From contig NZ_CP186926.1 in assembly GCF_049554935.1 (NCBI RefSeq), forward strand, positions 768,001 through 832,000: a stretch of DNA of 64,000 bases, written 5' to 3'. The position numbers were made by a program, and so were the translations under genes. Source of the stretch: Methanocaldococcus indicus. GTDB taxonomy: Archaea > AGJL01 > Methanococci > Methanococcales > Methanocaldococcaceae. The notes under the pieces are model-generated. The model had not been told where the DNA came from, made no database searches, and saw only the letters and a list, made by a program, of their open reading frames with translations. This document shows positions 56,235 through 64,000 of this stretch, one piece after another; positions within the stretch are counted from its first letter, which is position 1, and every line of letters begins with the position of its first letter.

Positions 56235-56309
56235 TATTCCACCTTTTAATATCTTTAAATGTTATATATAATAATCCTCATAAAGTATTTTATATTAAGG
56301 TGATTTGTT

Positions 56310-57020
56310 ATGGCAAAGTATGGAATTAAAATTTATGAAGATGGATATGAAATAGTTAGATACTCAACTGTCTATACTGATGAAGGTGTAGAAGAATTAG
56401 AAGAGACATATCTAAAAGTATCTGCTGATGATTATGAATCTATCTTAGGTTATTATGAACCATTTCCAAAGAAAGAGTTTAGATTTGTAGGTAATTTAGA
56501 TGATTTAAAAATTGTTAAAGGTACTGAGATGAGAACATCTGTTCCTATCCCTTTATCATTATGTAGAGGGGAGTATGTTAAAAGAATAGATGAGGAAGAT
56601 GAAAGAATAACATATTTAGATATAAAAGGAATTCCTATCCAAAGAGGGATTATAACTGCTATTGTTGTTGGAATTCAACATAAAAAAACTACAACTGGAA
56701 AAGATTACACAATATTTAGAGTATTTGATGGATATGGTTGGGGAAGAGTTAGATTATTTGGAATTAAAGCAAATCCAGATATATATAATGGGATGTTTAT
56801 AAGAGGTTTTGTTAGATTTGGATATATGGAATTTGAGACAGAAGAAGGTGTTAAAAGAAAAGCTATTACACTATCATTAAATGATTTACCTGTTATAGTT
56901 CAACCTAAGGAGTATATAGTTCATAAGAAATTTGTTGAAGAGGTTATAAAACCAAAACTACCAGAATTATTTGGAGAAGAGCAAAGTAAAGAAGAAAATG
57001 AAATTATAATAGAGGAATAA
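56310..57020 (+). CDS. Hypothetical protein, probable OB-fold
   Basis: Beta-rich segment YTIFRVFDGYG resembles OB-fold DxTG motifs. Confidence 0.65.
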   Translation: MAKYGIKIYEDGYEIVRYSTVYTDEGVEELEETYLKVSADDYESILGYYEPFPKKEFRFVGNLDDLKIVKGTEMRTSVPIPLSLCRGEYVKRIDEEDERITYLDIKGIPIQRGIITAIVVGIQHKKTTTGKDYTIFRVFDGYGWGRVRLFGIKANPDIYNGMFIRGFVRFGYMEFETEEGVKRKAITLSLNDLPVIVQPKEYIVHKKFVEEVIKPKLPELFGEEQSKEENEIIIEE

Positions 57021-57025
57021 AAAGG

Positions 57026-57739
57026 TTGATATTTATGGTATTAGGAAAACTCAATGAGCTTCATCCTGGAGCACAAATTATAACAAAAGTTAAAATCTTA
57101 GATATTAGAGAAAGAGAAACTGATGAAGGGTCTATATTCTATACTGGAAGTATGGTAGATAAAGATGGAATAGCTAATTTTATAACTAATGTTCCCTTAG
57201 AAAAAGGAAAATATTATAAAATCTTTGGAAGAGTAACAGATGATAAAAGTATCAGAATTATTGAAAGAGATATAAAAGGAGAACATCTACCAAAAGAGAT
57301 TCCTCCAATTCCAGATGAAGAGCTATTTAACAGAGGACAACCATTAGATATAAAAATTCCAGGAATTTTGGAGATTTCTTTACAAAATATATATGTAAAT
57401 TACTACTGCAAAACATGTAAGTCAATTGTTGAGCCAAAAATAAAACCAAGAGGTTTAGTATATATCTGTAAGAACTGTGAAGAAATATCTCCTGATGATG
57501 TAGATGTTAAAATAAAGGTATTTGGAAAGATACATTTTGGAACATCTTCAAATAGGTTTTATATGCCTCACAACACATTAGAAAAAATTATTCCAAATGT
57601 AATTGATTTATTAGAAGAGTATGGAATTGATGATACTATTAGGAGAATTGTATATAAGCTCCATGCAAAAACATTTTTAGTTAGAGGATTTGAAGGAAAA
57701 GAGGGGAACTATATAATAACTGATATAGAAGATATTTAA
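57026..57739 (+). CDS. OB-fold plus Cys4 Zn-finger protein (RPA-like)
   Basis: N-terminal OB-like strands; CKTC-x16-CKNC within a second OB-like unit. Confidence 0.65.
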   Translation: MIFMVLGKLNELHPGAQIITKVKILDIRERETDEGSIFYTGSMVDKDGIANFITNVPLEKGKYYKIFGRVTDDKSIRIIERDIKGEHLPKEIPPIPDEELFNRGQPLDIKIPGILEISLQNIYVNYYCKTCKSIVEPKIKPRGLVYICKNCEEISPDDVDVKIKVFGKIHFGTSSNRFYMPHNTLEKIIPNVIDLLEEYGIDDTIRRIVYKLHAKTFLVRGFEGKEGNYIITDIEDI

Positions 57740-58824
57740 AACATTGAGTAGATAATACTTCCTAAGATTATCCACCATATAATCATTGTTATTGAATTAA
57801 GAGTTCTCTCATTTATTAAATATTCTAAAAATATTCCTAATCTACTTACTATTTTATATTTACTATCTTTAAACAACTCTGGTATAGCTGTCCAAACAAA
57901 ATATCCATCCAATGGTTTAGCAGGAAGAAGATTAAATAAAGCTAATAAAAAGTTAAACATATATGTCCAATATAATGTATTTACTAAGTAAGATATCCAT
58001 CCTGATACAGTTACATATATTCCCAATTTTCCTTTATCATTTGTTTTTATATTATATTCGAAAATTTTTCCATCCCTTATAACTTTAACAATATATTCTT
58101 TATTTGGTTCTAATGTTTTTGCAGCTTTTTTAAAATCTTCTAAATTATTAATTTTTATATTTCCAATTTGATATATAATATCTCCTTTTTTTAAGAAATT
58201 TTTAGCATTATAATCTGTTTTTACAACTTTTATCTCTGCTGGTAGATTGTAAGATATTGGCAATAGCAACATAACTATAATAAACAATAACATATTTGCC
58301 ATAGGTCCAGCAGCTGCTATAACTCCTCTAATTTTTTTATTTATTTCTTTAAATTTATCATCTAACTCTACAAAAGCTCCTAATGGAAATCCTAATAAAA
58401 ATATTAGCCCTGTGCTTTTAACATTTACATTATAAGATTTTGCAAATACACCATGTGCTAATTCATGTATAGTTATAGCTATTGTTATTCCTATCAATCC
58501 TGGAATCCATGGGATTACATTACCAAATAAAAAGATAATTGGTTTAGCACTATCTTTTGGAACTGCTCCTGAGACTAAATTAACTATAAAAAATATCAGA
58601 TTTATAAGCATATAAAATCCTAAAATTCCAGCTATTGGAACTAAGTATATACCTATTTTTTTCCAAATCTTAAATTTTCCTAAGTAATCTATTAACTCTA
58701 AACCTATTTTTGTCTTTAATATTCCAAATATTCCTCCATACACCTTTAAATTTATTTTTTCTCTTATACTATACATTATAAGCCATAGTACAATAGCTAA
58801 TATTAAAATTATTTTTGAATACAC
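57736..58824 (-). CDS. Site-2 protease (M50) with PDZ domain
   Basis: HELAH, AGPMAN and NLLPAKPLDG motifs. Confidence 0.93.
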   Translation of the reverse strand: MYSKIILILAIVLWLIMYSIREKINLKVYGGIFGILKTKIGLELIDYLGKFKIWKKIGIYLVPIAGILGFYMLINLIFFIVNLVSGAVPKDSAKPIIFLFGNVIPWIPGLIGITIAITIHELAHGVFAKSYNVNVKSTGLIFLLGFPLGAFVELDDKFKEINKKIRGVIAAAGPMANMLLFIIVMLLLPISYNLPAEIKVVKTDYNAKNFLKKGDIIYQIGNIKINNLEDFKKAAKTLEPNKEYIVKVIRDGKIFEYNIKTNDKGKLGIYVTVSGWISYLVNTLYWTYMFNFLLALFNLLPAKPLDGYFVWTAIPELFKDSKYKIVSRLGIFLEYLINERTLNSITMIIWWIILGSIIYSMF

Positions 58825-59429
58825 CTAAAACCACCATTTAAGTAATCTTTAACTTCCTTAGCTAAATCTACAACCTTTTTTACATTTTCACTCTTTATTA
58901 TAATACTGTCTGATGTAGCAACAACTTCTTTATTTTTAAGTATATAATCCACATTTTTTACACAAAAAACATTAAAACCTCTCTCCTTTAAAATTTTTGC
59001 TAAATCTCCACTTCTTGATTTTTGAGCATCTAAATAAACCTCAACCTTTTTATCTCTTATCTTATCTTTTAAAATATCTGACAAAATATCTATAACTTTT
59101 AGAAAATCTGAAATTTTATACTTACCTCTCTCTAAATCTCTATATATGTTATCATCACACAAAAAAGCTCTACCAGCCAAAAGAGCTTTTATAGTTATTA
59201 ATACATTAAATCCATCAATAGCTAAGTTATCTACATCCTCTAATTTTGTTAGTTTTTTCTTAGTTATCTTTATCTCTTCATCTGTATGTATAGACCTTAA
59301 AATTTTATCTCTTTCTTCTTTTGTTAATTTATAATGATTTCCTACAAAGTTAATAGCAACCTTTTTTTTATATCCTCTATCAATCAAATATTTAAAGTCT
59401 TTTTTTGCATCCTCTATTTTATTGGACAT
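58809..59429 (-). CDS. DUF434 family (PIN-like) protein
   Basis: YLIDRGY, IDGFNVLIT and ATSDS motifs. Confidence 0.82.
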   Translation of the reverse strand: MSNKIEDAKKDFKYLIDRGYKKKVAINFVGNHYKLTKEERDKILRSIHTDEEIKITKKKLTKLEDVDNLAIDGFNVLITIKALLAGRAFLCDDNIYRDLERGKYKISDFLKVIDILSDILKDKIRDKKVEVYLDAQKSRSGDLAKILKERGFNVFCVKNVDYILKNKEVVATSDSIIIKSENVKKVVDLAKEVKDYLNGGFRCIQK

Positions 59430-59938
59430 ACCTCTTCACAGTCATAACAAAATATACAGCTATCAACATCTACCTTTATTATACATCTATCTATAAACTC
59501 CTTAGGAGATAAAATAGCTTGATTAGGACATTTTTCTATACACTCTAAACATAATTTACATTTTCCTTCTTCTCTATATTTGCAATAGCATAAACCACAA
59601 TTTTTACATCTATCTTTTAATATAACAGGAGTTTTTGGTTTAGGAATTTCATTTTTTATAACTGGGATTGGACAAAATAATGCACATATTCCACATTTTT
59701 TGCACAGTTCCTCATTTATATCAAATCTATTCTTATTTATAGCCGGACATATCTCTACACAAATTCCACAACACTCACAAATATAACTCCTAAATTTAAA
59801 AATAGTTATTGCTTCAGTTTGGCACACTTTAACACATAATCCACAACCTATACAGTTATTTAATTCAACTTTTTTAGTTTTTGAAAAATTTTTATTATCA
59901 TTAAAAAATAGATATTTAATTATGTCCTTTATTTTCAT
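59414..59938 (-). CDS. Polyferredoxin
   Basis: Multiple CxxCxxCxxxCP motifs; start set at ATG 59938 because the longer ORF runs into tRNA-Asp. Confidence 0.85.
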   Translation of the reverse strand: MKIKDIIKYLFFNDNKNFSKTKKVELNNCIGCGLCVKVCQTEAITIFKFRSYICECCGICVEICPAINKNRFDINEELCKKCGICALFCPIPVIKNEIPKPKTPVILKDRCKNCGLCYCKYREEGKCKLCLECIEKCPNQAILSPKEFIDRCIIKVDVDSCIFCYDCEEVCPIK

Positions 59939-59983
59939 ATTTCCACATATATAAAACAATAAATATATATTTATATAATAAAA

Positions 59984-60061
59984 TGGCGCCCTGGCCGGGA
60001 TTTGAACCCGAGTCACGGGAGTGACAGTCCCGTATGATAGGCCGGGCTACACCACCAGGGC
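59984..60061 (-). tRNA. tRNA-Asp(GTC)
   Basis: Cloverleaf with loop CTGTCAC; CCA encoded. Confidence 0.96.
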
Positions 60062-60088
60062 TCAAAAGCCAAGGATAAACCTTAAATA

Positions 60089-60208
60089 GTGGCCGGCGGC
60101 GTCGCCCCTTTCCCGCCAGATGGCAGTACTCGGGGCATCGCTGGGGGGCTTAACTTCCGGGTTCGGAATGGGTCCGGGTGTGGCACCCCCGCTATGGCCG
60201 CCGTGCCA
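60089..60208 (-). rRNA. rrf: 5S rRNA
   Basis: GGCGGCCATAGCG...CCCATTCCGAACCCGGAAGTTAAGCC motifs and a terminal helix. Confidence 0.96.
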
Positions 60209-60214
60209 GTGAAG

Positions 60215-60288
60215 CGGGCCCGAGGGGATTTGAACCCCCGACCACCTGGTTAAAAGCCAGGCGCTCTGCCAGGCTGAGCTACGGGCCC
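60215..60288 (-). tRNA. tRNA-Lys(TTT)
   Basis: Cloverleaf with loop CTTTTAA. Confidence 0.96.
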
Positions 60289-60346
60289 AATTAAGGTGGA
60301 GTAATAATATACCTATAACTCATATATATACTTTACGGTTTTGAAG

Positions 60347-60423
60347 TGGTCCGGCGGGCCGGATTTGAACCAGCGACATGGGGATCTACAGTCCCCCGTT
60401 CTACCAGGCTGAACTACCGCCGG
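60347..60423 (-). tRNA. tRNA-Tyr(GTA)
   Basis: Loop CTGTAGA, C1-G72 pair, CCA encoded. Confidence 0.96.
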
Positions 60424-60431
60424 ACTTAAAA

Positions 60432-60509
60432 TGGTGGGCCTGCCCAGATTTGAACTGGGGTCTCAGGATCCCAAATCCCAAAGGATAGACCAGGCTACCC
60501 CACAGGCCC
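60432..60509 (-). tRNA. tRNA-Pro(TGG)
   Basis: Loop TTTGGGA; CCA encoded. Confidence 0.95.
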
Positions 60510-60539
60510 TCTGGCAAGGAAAACCTAATATTATATAAA

Positions 60540-60616
60540 TGGAGCCCCGGGGGGGATTTGAACCCCCGACCACCTGATTACAAGTCAGGCGCTCTACCAG
60601 GCTGAGCCACCGAGGC
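60540..60616 (-). tRNA. tRNA-Thr(TGT)
   Basis: Loop CTTGTAA; CCA encoded. Confidence 0.96.
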
Positions 60617-60749
60617 TCACTTGCGTAATAATTAAAATACGAAACTCATATATAAATTTTTCTATAATCAATTAATTCTTATATTTGAAATAATATTCAG
60701 TAAAGTTTATATACCCCTTTTCTGATATATATAGAATGCTCTTTTATGA

Positions 60750-60828
60750 AGCGGGGTGGGGTAGCCAGGTCCATCCCGCCGGGCTCATAACCCGGAGATC
60801 GGAGGTTCAAATCCTCCCCCCGCTACCA
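60750..60828 (+). tRNA. Initiator tRNA-Met(CAT)
   Basis: A1-U72 pair, GGG/CCC anticodon stem, CCA, followed by a T-tract terminator. Confidence 0.95.
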
Positions 60829-60903
60829 TTTTTTTCTTTTTATAAATTTTTTATTAAATTCAACTTTTTTGTTGTTTTTTTATATCTAAATTAAGGTGAG
60901 ATA

Positions 60904-61482
60904 GTGTATAAAATATTAAAGATTTTAGATGTTGTTAGAGTTCCTCCCTCTAAGTTTGGGAATGATTTAAAGGAGACAGTTAAATCTATTTTAATTGAAA
61001 AATATGAAGGTAGATTGGATAAAGATGTTGGTTTTATTTTGTCTATTGTTGATGTAAATAATATTGGAGATGGGAAAGTAGTTCATGGAGATGGAGCTGC
61101 ATATCATCCTGTAGAGTTTGAAGTTTTAGTATATGTTCCTAAGATGTATGAGTTAATTGAAGGAGAGGTTGTAGATATTGTAGAATTTGGAGCTTTTGTT
61201 AGACTAGGTCCATTAGATGGATTAGTTCATGTCTCTCAAATAATGGATGATTATGTTAGTTATGACCCTAAAAGAGAAGCAATAATTGGTAAAGAGACTG
61301 GAAAAGTATTAGAGATTGGAGATAAAGTAAGAGCAAGAATTGTGGCAATTAGTTTAAAACCTGAAAGAAAGAGAGGTAGTAAGATAGCATTAACAATGAG
61401 ACAGCCATATCTTGGAAAATTAGAATGGATAGAAGAAGAAAAAAGAAAAAGAGAAAAAGAAACAACTAAGGTGAAAAATTGA
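60904..61482 (+). CDS. rpo7: RNA polymerase subunit Rpo7 (E')
   Basis: GDGAAYH and S1-domain [19 protein letters not shown] motifs. Confidence 0.96.
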   Translation: MYKILKILDVVRVPPSKFGNDLKETVKSILIEKYEGRLDKDVGFILSIVDVNNIGDGKVVHGDGAAYHPVEFEVLVYVPKMYELIEGEVVDIVEFGAFVRLGPLDGLVHVSQIMDDYVSYDPKREAIIGKETGKVLEIGDKVRARIVAISLKPERKRGSKIALTMRQPYLGKLEWIEEEKRKREKETTKVKN

Positions 61483-61658
61483 AAGCTTGTTTAAGATGTA
61501 AGTATTTAACAAATGAAGAAGAATGTCCTATATGTGGAGCTCCAACAAGTGATAACTGGACAGGACTAATTATTGTATTAAATCCAGAAAAATCTGAAAT
61601 AGCTAAAAAAGCTAAAATAAGCATTAAAGGAAGTTATGCTATAACTGTGAAGGAATAA
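61479..61658 (+). CDS. spt4: Transcription elongation factor Spt4 (59 aa, missing from ORF track)
   Basis: Manual translation from TTG: [59 protein letters not shown]. Confidence 0.95.
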   Translation: MKACLRCKYLTNEEECPICGAPTSDNWTGLIIVLNPEKSEIAKKAKISIKGSYAITVKE

Positions 61659-61664
61659 AAGACT

Positions 61665-62147
61665 ATGTTAAAGTTACCAAATAGTTTAAGAGAAGAATTA
61701 AAGAAACCTTTTGGGGATGTTTATAGAGATATTCCATTATTAAATGGAGATATAATAACAGTTGGAGATGTAGTAACAAAAACATTAATTGAGAAAAATA
61801 TAATTCCAAAATTGGCAATAATTGACTTTAAAACTAAAAGAAACATCCCCATTAAGATAAATCATAAGTTTGATAAAGTATATTATATAAAAAATCCTCC
61901 TGGATATATATCTGATGAAGCAATAGAAAAAGTTAAATATTTATCTAATAAATCTATTAAAAACTATGCTATTGTTGTAGATGGTGAAGAAGATTTATTA
62001 ACTTTGATAGTTATAAAATATTTTCCTGAAGGAGATTATGTCCTTTATGGACTTCCTGATGAAGGAGTAGTAGTTATGAAAATTGACAAAAACATAAAAA
62101 ACAAAGTTGATAATATCTTAAAAAAATTTGAAAAGGTGAGTAAATGA
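61665..62147 (+). CDS. GTP-dependent dephospho-CoA kinase (DUF359)
   Basis: TVGDVVT, DFKTKR and DGEEDL motifs; conserved operon position. Confidence 0.9.
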   Translation: MLKLPNSLREELKKPFGDVYRDIPLLNGDIITVGDVVTKTLIEKNIIPKLAIIDFKTKRNIPIKINHKFDKVYYIKNPPGYISDEAIEKVKYLSNKSIKNYAIVVDGEEDLLTLIVIKYFPEGDYVLYGLPDEGVVVMKIDKNIKNKVDNILKKFEKVSK

Positions 62148-62443
62148 TTATAAACATTATATCAAAAAGATACAATCCATTGTTAAAGAGAACAGAAGTA
62201 AGATTTTATATTGACCATGATGGAGCAACACCTAAATTTATGGAAGTTAGAGATAAGTTAGCTGCTATGTTAAATGCAGATAAAAATTTATTAGTTGTTG
62301 AGAAAATTGTAGAAGAGACAGGAATGCAAAGAGCAAGAGGTTATGCAAAATTGTATGACTCAGAAGATATGTTAAGATTTATAGAAAGAGAACACATTTT
62401 AAGAAAAAATGGACTAATTGAAGAAAAAGAAGGTGAAGAATAA
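62144..62443 (+). CDS. rps24e: 30S ribosomal protein S24e
   Basis: NPLLKRTE and GYAKLY motifs. Confidence 0.95.
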   Translation: MIINIISKRYNPLLKRTEVRFYIDHDGATPKFMEVRDKLAAMLNADKNLLVVEKIVEETGMQRARGYAKLYDSEDMLRFIEREHILRKNGLIEEKEGEE

Positions 62444-62626
62444 ATGACAAAAGGTAAAAAGACAGCTAAATATAAATACTACAAAGTAGAAGGAGACAAA
62501 GTTGTAAGATTAAAAAGATTCTGTCCAAAATGTGGTCCAGGAGTATTTTTAGCAGAACATTTAAATAGATACTCTTGTGGAAGATGTGGATATATGGAAT
62601 GGAAACAACCACAAAAATCAGAATAA
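62444..62626 (+). CDS. rps27ae: 30S ribosomal protein S27ae
   Basis: [13 protein letters not shown]...CGRC motif. Confidence 0.96.
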   Translation: MTKGKKTAKYKYYKVEGDKVVRLKRFCPKCGPGVFLAEHLNRYSCGRCGYMEWKQPQKSE

Positions 62627-62637
62627 AATAAATTTTT

Positions 62638-63618
62638 CTAATCTTCTTTTTTATAATATTCTATAGTCTTTATAGCTGAACTAACAACCATCTCTCTAAT
62701 GTTAGGAATTTCTTTTTCTAAACTATCTAAGATTTCATGGCATCTTCTTCTTATACTATCTCCTCTTTCTCTACTATATGGGCACACTTCTTTATCTTTG
62801 TAGTATTCTATTCTACACTCATCTAATGCTTTATATATATCCCTCTCTAAAATTGGGAGAAGAGGTCTTATTATTGTGCATTCCTCTAACTCTAACTTTA
62901 ATTCTTTAAAATCTACAACTCTTTTATTAAATTTTGTTATAGGTTTCATCATTTTAATTCTTTCTCCTTTAAATAAATTGGATAATATTGTATCAGAGTT
63001 ATCATCTAAATTATGTCCATAAGCAATCTTTATTTTTTCATAGGGAATATTTTCTTTCTCAGCAAGTTCTTTGGCAAACTTCCCTATTAAGTATCTTTTT
63101 ATAATTGAGCAAGAGAAACATGGAGAAAATTCCATTCCTTTGGAGTATTTAGTCAATAACTCAGAAAGATAAACAACATCTAAATCAGATTTTAAAACTA
63201 TTAAAGGAATATCTAACATATCACAATGCTCTTTAATTTTCTCTATACCTTCTTTATTCCAAGGTCTAACTCCACCAATATTTACATCTACTGTTACTGC
63301 ATAAATCTTAATACCCATTTTTCTTTTATAGCACTCTAAAAGATGCAAAAGAATTAAACTATCTTTTCCTCCACTATATCCAACTAAAATAATATCTCTT
63401 GGAGATAGAAGTTTATTTTTTGTTATAAATCTTCCAACTTTTGTAGAAATATATTCATAAGCTCTTGAATAGACAACTGGGATATTAAATATTTCTTCAA
63501 TTTTTTGTTTTTTTGTTTTTGAAAGTTTGGCATATCTCTTATTATTTATTATTATCTTATCTTTTCTGAGAGTTATAAAAAATGGATTTATATATTTTTT
63601 TAACTCTTTAATATTCAT
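62638..63618 (-). CDS. TtcA/TtuA-family PP-loop tRNA-modifying protein
   Basis: SGGKDS, CFSC, GHNLDD and IRPL motifs. Confidence 0.85.
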   Translation of the reverse strand: MNIKELKKYINPFFITLRKDKIIINNKRYAKLSKTKKQKIEEIFNIPVVYSRAYEYISTKVGRFITKNKLLSPRDIILVGYSGGKDSLILLHLLECYKRKMGIKIYAVTVDVNIGGVRPWNKEGIEKIKEHCDMLDIPLIVLKSDLDVVYLSELLTKYSKGMEFSPCFSCSIIKRYLIGKFAKELAEKENIPYEKIKIAYGHNLDDNSDTILSNLFKGERIKMMKPITKFNKRVVDFKELKLELEECTIIRPLLPILERDIYKALDECRIEYYKDKEVCPYSRERGDSIRRRCHEILDSLEKEIPNIREMVVSSAIKTIEYYKKED

Positions 63619-64000
63619 AATATTCCCTGTTTTAATAATCCCTCATCAACTGGATTTATATCTTTATTTGTTATCTTTTTATATAATTCCCTATAATTAC
63701 AATTAACTCCCTTTCTTTTAAAGAAGTTAGTTATATTAATACAATCTCTAATCAACAAAGGATTTGCTAATGGATGTTGAATAACAACACTTTGAGAGAA
63801 ATCAATAAAAACTGGTTCATCATCTTTAACTAATATGTTGTATTCACTTAAATCTCCATGGACAAGTTCCCCCTCTTGATAGAGTTTAATCATACTTTCC
63901 TCAATAATTTTATAAAACCTATTCCAATCAACTTCAACCTCTTTTAATTTTGGAGCTGGAACTCCTCTATATCCCACAAAATCCATAACTAATATATTCT
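63615..64000 (-). CDS. rio1: RIO1-type Ser/Thr kinase (5' end outside window)
   Basis: VHGDLSEYNIL and IDFSQSV motifs. Confidence 0.9.
   Translation of the reverse strand, partial: NILVMDFVGYRGVPAPKLKEVEVDWNRFYKIIEESMIKLYQEGELVHGDLSEYNILVKDDEPVFIDFSQSVVIQHPLANPLLIRDCINITNFFKRKGVNCNYRELYKKITNKDINPVDEGLLKQGIL

Noticed and set aside
59939-60016. N-terminal extension of the polyferredoxin ORF
   Set aside because: It overlaps tRNA-Asp; the real start is probably ATG 59938.
59984-60616. 5S rRNA embedded in a tRNA operon away from 16S/23S
   Set aside because: This is a known arrangement in Methanococcales.

Overview
This is a very AT-rich, CpG-poor archaeal chromosome segment. Its gene content (MfnB, MptE, AfpA, methanogenesis marker 6, MJ1647-type histone, Thr-Pro-Tyr-Lys-5S-Asp RNA cluster) indicates a hyperthermophilic Methanococcales, most likely Methanocaldococcus. 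Most of the window is housekeeping: rpl3-rps19, purL/Q/B, feoAB, cbiMNQO, aCPSF1-psmB, proS, the rpo7-spt4 operon, 8 tRNAs and a 5S rRNA. The notable items are: (1) a 1.14-kb cassette holding only an archaeal STAND-type ATPase gene, bounded by an exact 17-bp direct repeat that duplicates the 3' end of the neighbouring gene, with no transposase or terminal inverted repeats. This may be an undescribed mode of mobility for this expanded family. (2) Three chemoreceptors: one fused to a C-terminal rhodanese domain, one with a PilJ/NarX-type sensor, and two sharing a near-identical ~730-bp CpG-rich signalling module. (3) A 702-bp IS6 element inserted in the Walker A codons of an Hrq1/DUF1998 helicase. 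(4) A GC-rich hairpin upstream of rpl3. (5) Operator-like sites matching NrpR, NikR and DtxR geometries. (6) Uncharacterised RPA-like OB-fold genes. All calls come from reading the sequence and the ORF track; no searches were run.
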